In this document: in pieces, positions 60,742-64,000 of the stretch
Numbering within the stretch: the stretch's first letter is position 1
How the letters are laid out: every line of letters begins with the position of its first letter
Source of the DNA: Macrostomum lignano
Taxonomy: Eukaryota
NCBI GenBank assembly: GCA_002269645.1
Contig: NIVC01002933.1
Span: 62,001 to 126,000, forward strand
Reading direction: 5' to 3'
Length of the DNA stretch: 64,000 nt
Translations under genes and position numbers: made by a program
The notes under the pieces: model-generated
Databases searched by the model: none
Told to the model about the DNA's origin: nothing
What the model saw: only the letters and a program-made list of their open reading frames with translations

Positions 60742-61140
60742 ATGACACACGTTACACATGTGCAAAATATAAATGAGTATCAGGTAGGAGATCCAATTGA
60801 ATACCGAGGTGAGGGACTTTTTGATTTGGTTGGAACAGCAGCAAATTTTGTTAAAGACAATATGGGGCTTATAGGGCAAGCTGGCTCTGCAGCAGGCTCT
60901 ATAACAAATGCTGTAAAAGGAGGAATTGAAGCAGCTAGAGCGGCAGAAGAACTAAAGAAATTGAGAGATTTTAACGACACCCTCTCACAAATAAATGCAA
61001 TAAAAGATTTAAAGCTGGCACAAGCCGCACAACCAACAGAAACCCCCACGAAAACCACGCCAATAAGTAATAAAGATATTCAGGATTTTAATAAAATGTT
61101 AAATACTATTAAAGGTGGAAAAGGATTAAAGAAATTTTAA
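60742..61140 (+). CDS. Polinton putative virion core/membrane-active protein, 132 aa
   Basis: YRGEGLFDLVGTAANFVKDN amphipathic helix after a GxG motif; C-terminal GGKGLKKF. Confidence 0.65.
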   Translation: MTHVTHVQNINEYQVGDPIEYRGEGLFDLVGTAANFVKDNMGLIGQAGSAAGSITNAVKGGIEAARAAEELKKLRDFNDTLSQINAIKDLKLAQAAQPTETPTKTTPISNKDIQDFNKMLNTIKGGKGLKKF

Positions 61141-61150
61141 CAATATAAAA

Positions 61151-62145
61151 ATGGACTCAGTTAATGATGATGAAAACCGGTTATATTTTATAGGAGAAAT
61201 TGTAGATACCTTAAATCTTGATGATAATAAGCAAACCCACACAATGTTAAAAAGATTGGATCGATTAGGTAAAAAGTTTGACTACGACATCGATACATTT
61301 AAACTCGCAGCAAAATATGCACAAGAAGGAAGGCCAATATCCTTTAAGAATCGCGGCAGAAATTATAGGTTGACAGACTCCGATGTGAAATTTTTAATGG
61401 AGACTCACACTAAAAAGGACGGCGGATTACTACCCATTCTACCGCTTCTTTTAGGACTTGGCGCAGCTGGAGCAGTCGGTTTAGCCGGAAAAAGAATTCA
61501 TGATAATGTAAAACAGCTAGGAGAGTTAAGAGCGAAACAGGGGGAATCTTGCCCCTTGCAGCTTTGCTCCCAATAATTTTTGCAGGAATTGGAGCAGCTG
61601 GAGGAGTTGCTGGCGGAGCAGCTGGAATTGCAAAAGCAGTAAATGACAAAAAAGCTGCGGACGAAAAAGCTAAAAGAGAGGCCGAATTTCAAAGACAGCA
61701 AATAACGCAGGACGCACAATTCAAACAGAAACTTATTGATACCATTAATAGTAGTTCAGCAACAGCAGAGCAAAAAAGAAATGCAGAAGCTAGGTTAGCA
61801 GCCGGAAAAGGTTTACTCTTGCAAGGAACAAATCACGGGAATGGTTTGGTACTAAAAGGAACAACCCAAGGAAGTGGAGTTGTCGCAGATAAACTACATG
61901 AATTTGGCCAAACTTTAGAAAAAACGGGTGAGAAAGCTAAAGGATTTTTTGACAATATTGGATCCAATTTTAGGCCAGCAGTTCAGAAGATTTTTACTAA
62001 GTTAGGAAAAGATTTTAACATCATTGAAAAACACGACGGAAGCGGATTATATCTCGAAATGCGACCAAAAGCAGGTTCAGGAATTTTCTTAAATTCAAAT
62101 GTTATGGGCAATGGATTGCTATTACCAAAAGCAGATCTCGAATAG
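61151..62145 (+). CDS. Polinton pX-like core protein, one gene split by a 1-nt deficit in the G run at 61540-61544
   Basis: KDGGLLPILPLLLGLGAAG and, after adding one G, KQGGILPLAALLPIIFAGIGAAGG (cf. adenovirus pX RGGILPLLIPLIAAAIGA); repeated GxG-hydrophobic motifs. Confidence 0.75.
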
Positions 62146-62228
62146 ACTCCTGGGGGGTGGGTCAAGACACCAAAAACGCAAATTAAAAAATCAATAATTC
62201 AAACATTATATAAATTTTATTCTATAAA

Positions 62229-64000
62229 ATGGAAGCAATTTTAGCTCAAATCGACAACCCTGAACTTAGAGCACAATTAATAGCTCAAATCGATGCACAA
62301 CGAATTGCCGATAGGGCTGAAATAGAAGCAAGAATTAGGGCAGAAAATGAGATACGTTTAGAAAGACAATTAAATGATATTAATAACCCCCAACCACAAG
62401 GACAAAATGGAGCTGAAGTAATATATATAGATATAGATATAAATACAAATTATAAAGAATATTTTAAACAAATGAAAGATAAATTAAAGACTATATTAAA
62501 CAATTATACTATAAGGCCAAATAACAAACGACAGCCAATTAAGTATAAAATAGAAGTTGAAACAGAATTTAAAAACCAAATATTCTTAATGCAAATTCAG
62601 AAATTGAAGTAATAAATAACTTTTCACAAGAATCATATAAAACATTATTATCAATGGGAAATTACAACAATCAATTCGATCAAATAGAAGCTGAGTTTGA
62701 TGAATGGATAGATAAGATGACAGAAAACGGATCTGGGTTTATATTTGTATCTTGTAATTCAGCAATAGTAAAGATTGCACCTATAGAAATTCTTAAAGGA
62801 CGATCACATATGAAGCTCAAATTTAAATCACCTATGATTATAAATCCAGACAATAAAGATAATAAATGTTTATTATGGTGTTTATTAATTCATAAATATC
62901 ACAATCAAGTAGAATCACACATTAATAAAATATATAATTATAGACAATATGAGGATGAAATAATAATGAAAAACATATCATACCCAGTAGCAATAGATGA
63001 TATATATAAGATTGAAAAAATGAATGGTTTAAATATTAATGTTTTTACAATTGAAGAACCAGAAGATCTAGAAGAAATTCAGCAGGTCGATCCAGAATGG
63101 TATAAGAAAAGGTGTTATCTTGTTAAGCCAGCAACTGATATAACAGCACCAGATCAAATCGATCTTTTGTACATGCAGCGCGAAAATGAAACACATTATA
63201 TATACATAAAAGATATTAGTTCTTTTTTAAGAGAAAATAGAAATAGATATCCACTATGTAGAAATTGTTTTACATTTAAAAAGGATGAAACAGCTCTTAA
63301 AAACCACCAACGATTTTGTTTAGATCACAAATTTACTAATGCTATAATGCCAGCATCTTCAGATGCAACCCTAAAGTTCCAACAACATTATATGGCAGTT
63401 AAAAAACCAATAGTAATATATGCTGATTTTGAAGCAACAAATGTTCCCTTAAAAGAATCACAGACGGCATCTGATGACGGTCATGCAAAGCATGCGACCC
63501 TACGGGACGGTGAATGCACAAAAAAATTAGCACAACAGTTTCCTAATAGTTATTGTTTATATGTACACTCCGTAGCTGATCATATATTTAAATCAAGGAT
63601 GATTACTTACCACGGTAATGATGCAGCTAAGCACATGGCAGAATCATTAGTAAATGTATTTGAATATATTCAAAATCAATATGATAAATTATCAAAAAAT
63701 ATTAATATGACAAATAAGGATAGAGACAATTATAAAAATGCAACAAATTGTTTTATGTGCAAAAGATATTTAAGTAAGAAAAATAAGATACGAGAACATT
63801 GTCATCTAACGGGAAAATATCGAGGGGCAGCATGTAGATCATGTAATGCAAAAGAAGGAAAAGGATGTAAGGAAATACCAGTATTTTTTCATAATGGTTC
63901 CGGATATGATTTTCATTTCTTAGTTCGAGAATTGCTTCATTTAGGAAAGGATGAATATGAAATAAATATATTACCTAAAACATCAGAAAATTACATATCA
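62229..64000 (+). CDS. polB: Protein-primed family B DNA polymerase of Polinton type, N-terminal part. 1-nt deficit at A run 62571-62575, then open to the window end
   Basis: NGSGF, IINPDNKDNKCLLW, YPVAIDDIYKIEKMN, HYIYIKDIS, ExoI IVIYADFEA, endonuclease-VII-like HCHLTGKYRGAACRSCN, ExoII FFHNGSGYDFHF. Confidence 0.92.

Larger units (their letters stand above)
60061..64000 (+). mobile_element. Polinton/Maverick (adintovirus-like endogenous virus), left end; continues beyond the window
   Basis: Starts AGTAGT exactly where piggyBac homology stops; abrupt shift to AT-rich, intronless, densely packed same-strand ORFs; pPolB and pX-like genes. Confidence 0.9.

Noticed and set aside
62568-62576. 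Programmed -1 ribosomal frameshift in polB at TTTAAAAAC
   Set aside because: The codon phase does not give an X XXY YYZ heptamer and no downstream structure is evident; a homopolymer indel is more parsimonious.

Overview
This is eukaryotic (animal) nuclear DNA: GC-rich exons, short AT-rich GT-AG introns and many mini/microsatellites. The style resembles a free-living flatworm such as Macrostomum, but that is an unverified inference. The window is dominated by a cluster of 10 TRAF-like genes on both strands. All share a near-identical exon 1 (RING + TRAF-type zinc fingers) ending in a phase-1 donor, but it is spliced to different C-terminal modules, and no copy shows a MATH/TRAF-C domain. Six copies take a short coiled-coil exon. 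Two take a linker plus WD40 beta-propeller exons (in-frame splice paths reconstructed by hand). One takes two mini-exons and one takes an exon running off the left edge. Interspersed are two intronless paralogues resembling MVL-type tandem mannose lectins fused to a beta-sandwich, a secreted PAN-like + ALK/LTK glycine-rich protein, and an intronless DEG/ENaC channel. Mobile elements include a hAT MITE with 8-bp TSD, a Ginger-like TIR element with 5-bp TSD, tRNA-SINEs and a LINE RT relic. At the right end, an AT-rich Polinton/Maverick (adintovirus-like) element begins with AGTAGT at 60061. It interrupts a piggyBac transposase, has a ~270-bp terminal fold-back and adenovirus pX-like core genes, and its protein-primed PolB runs off the window. 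All domain calls are motif recognition by eye; no database searches were run.
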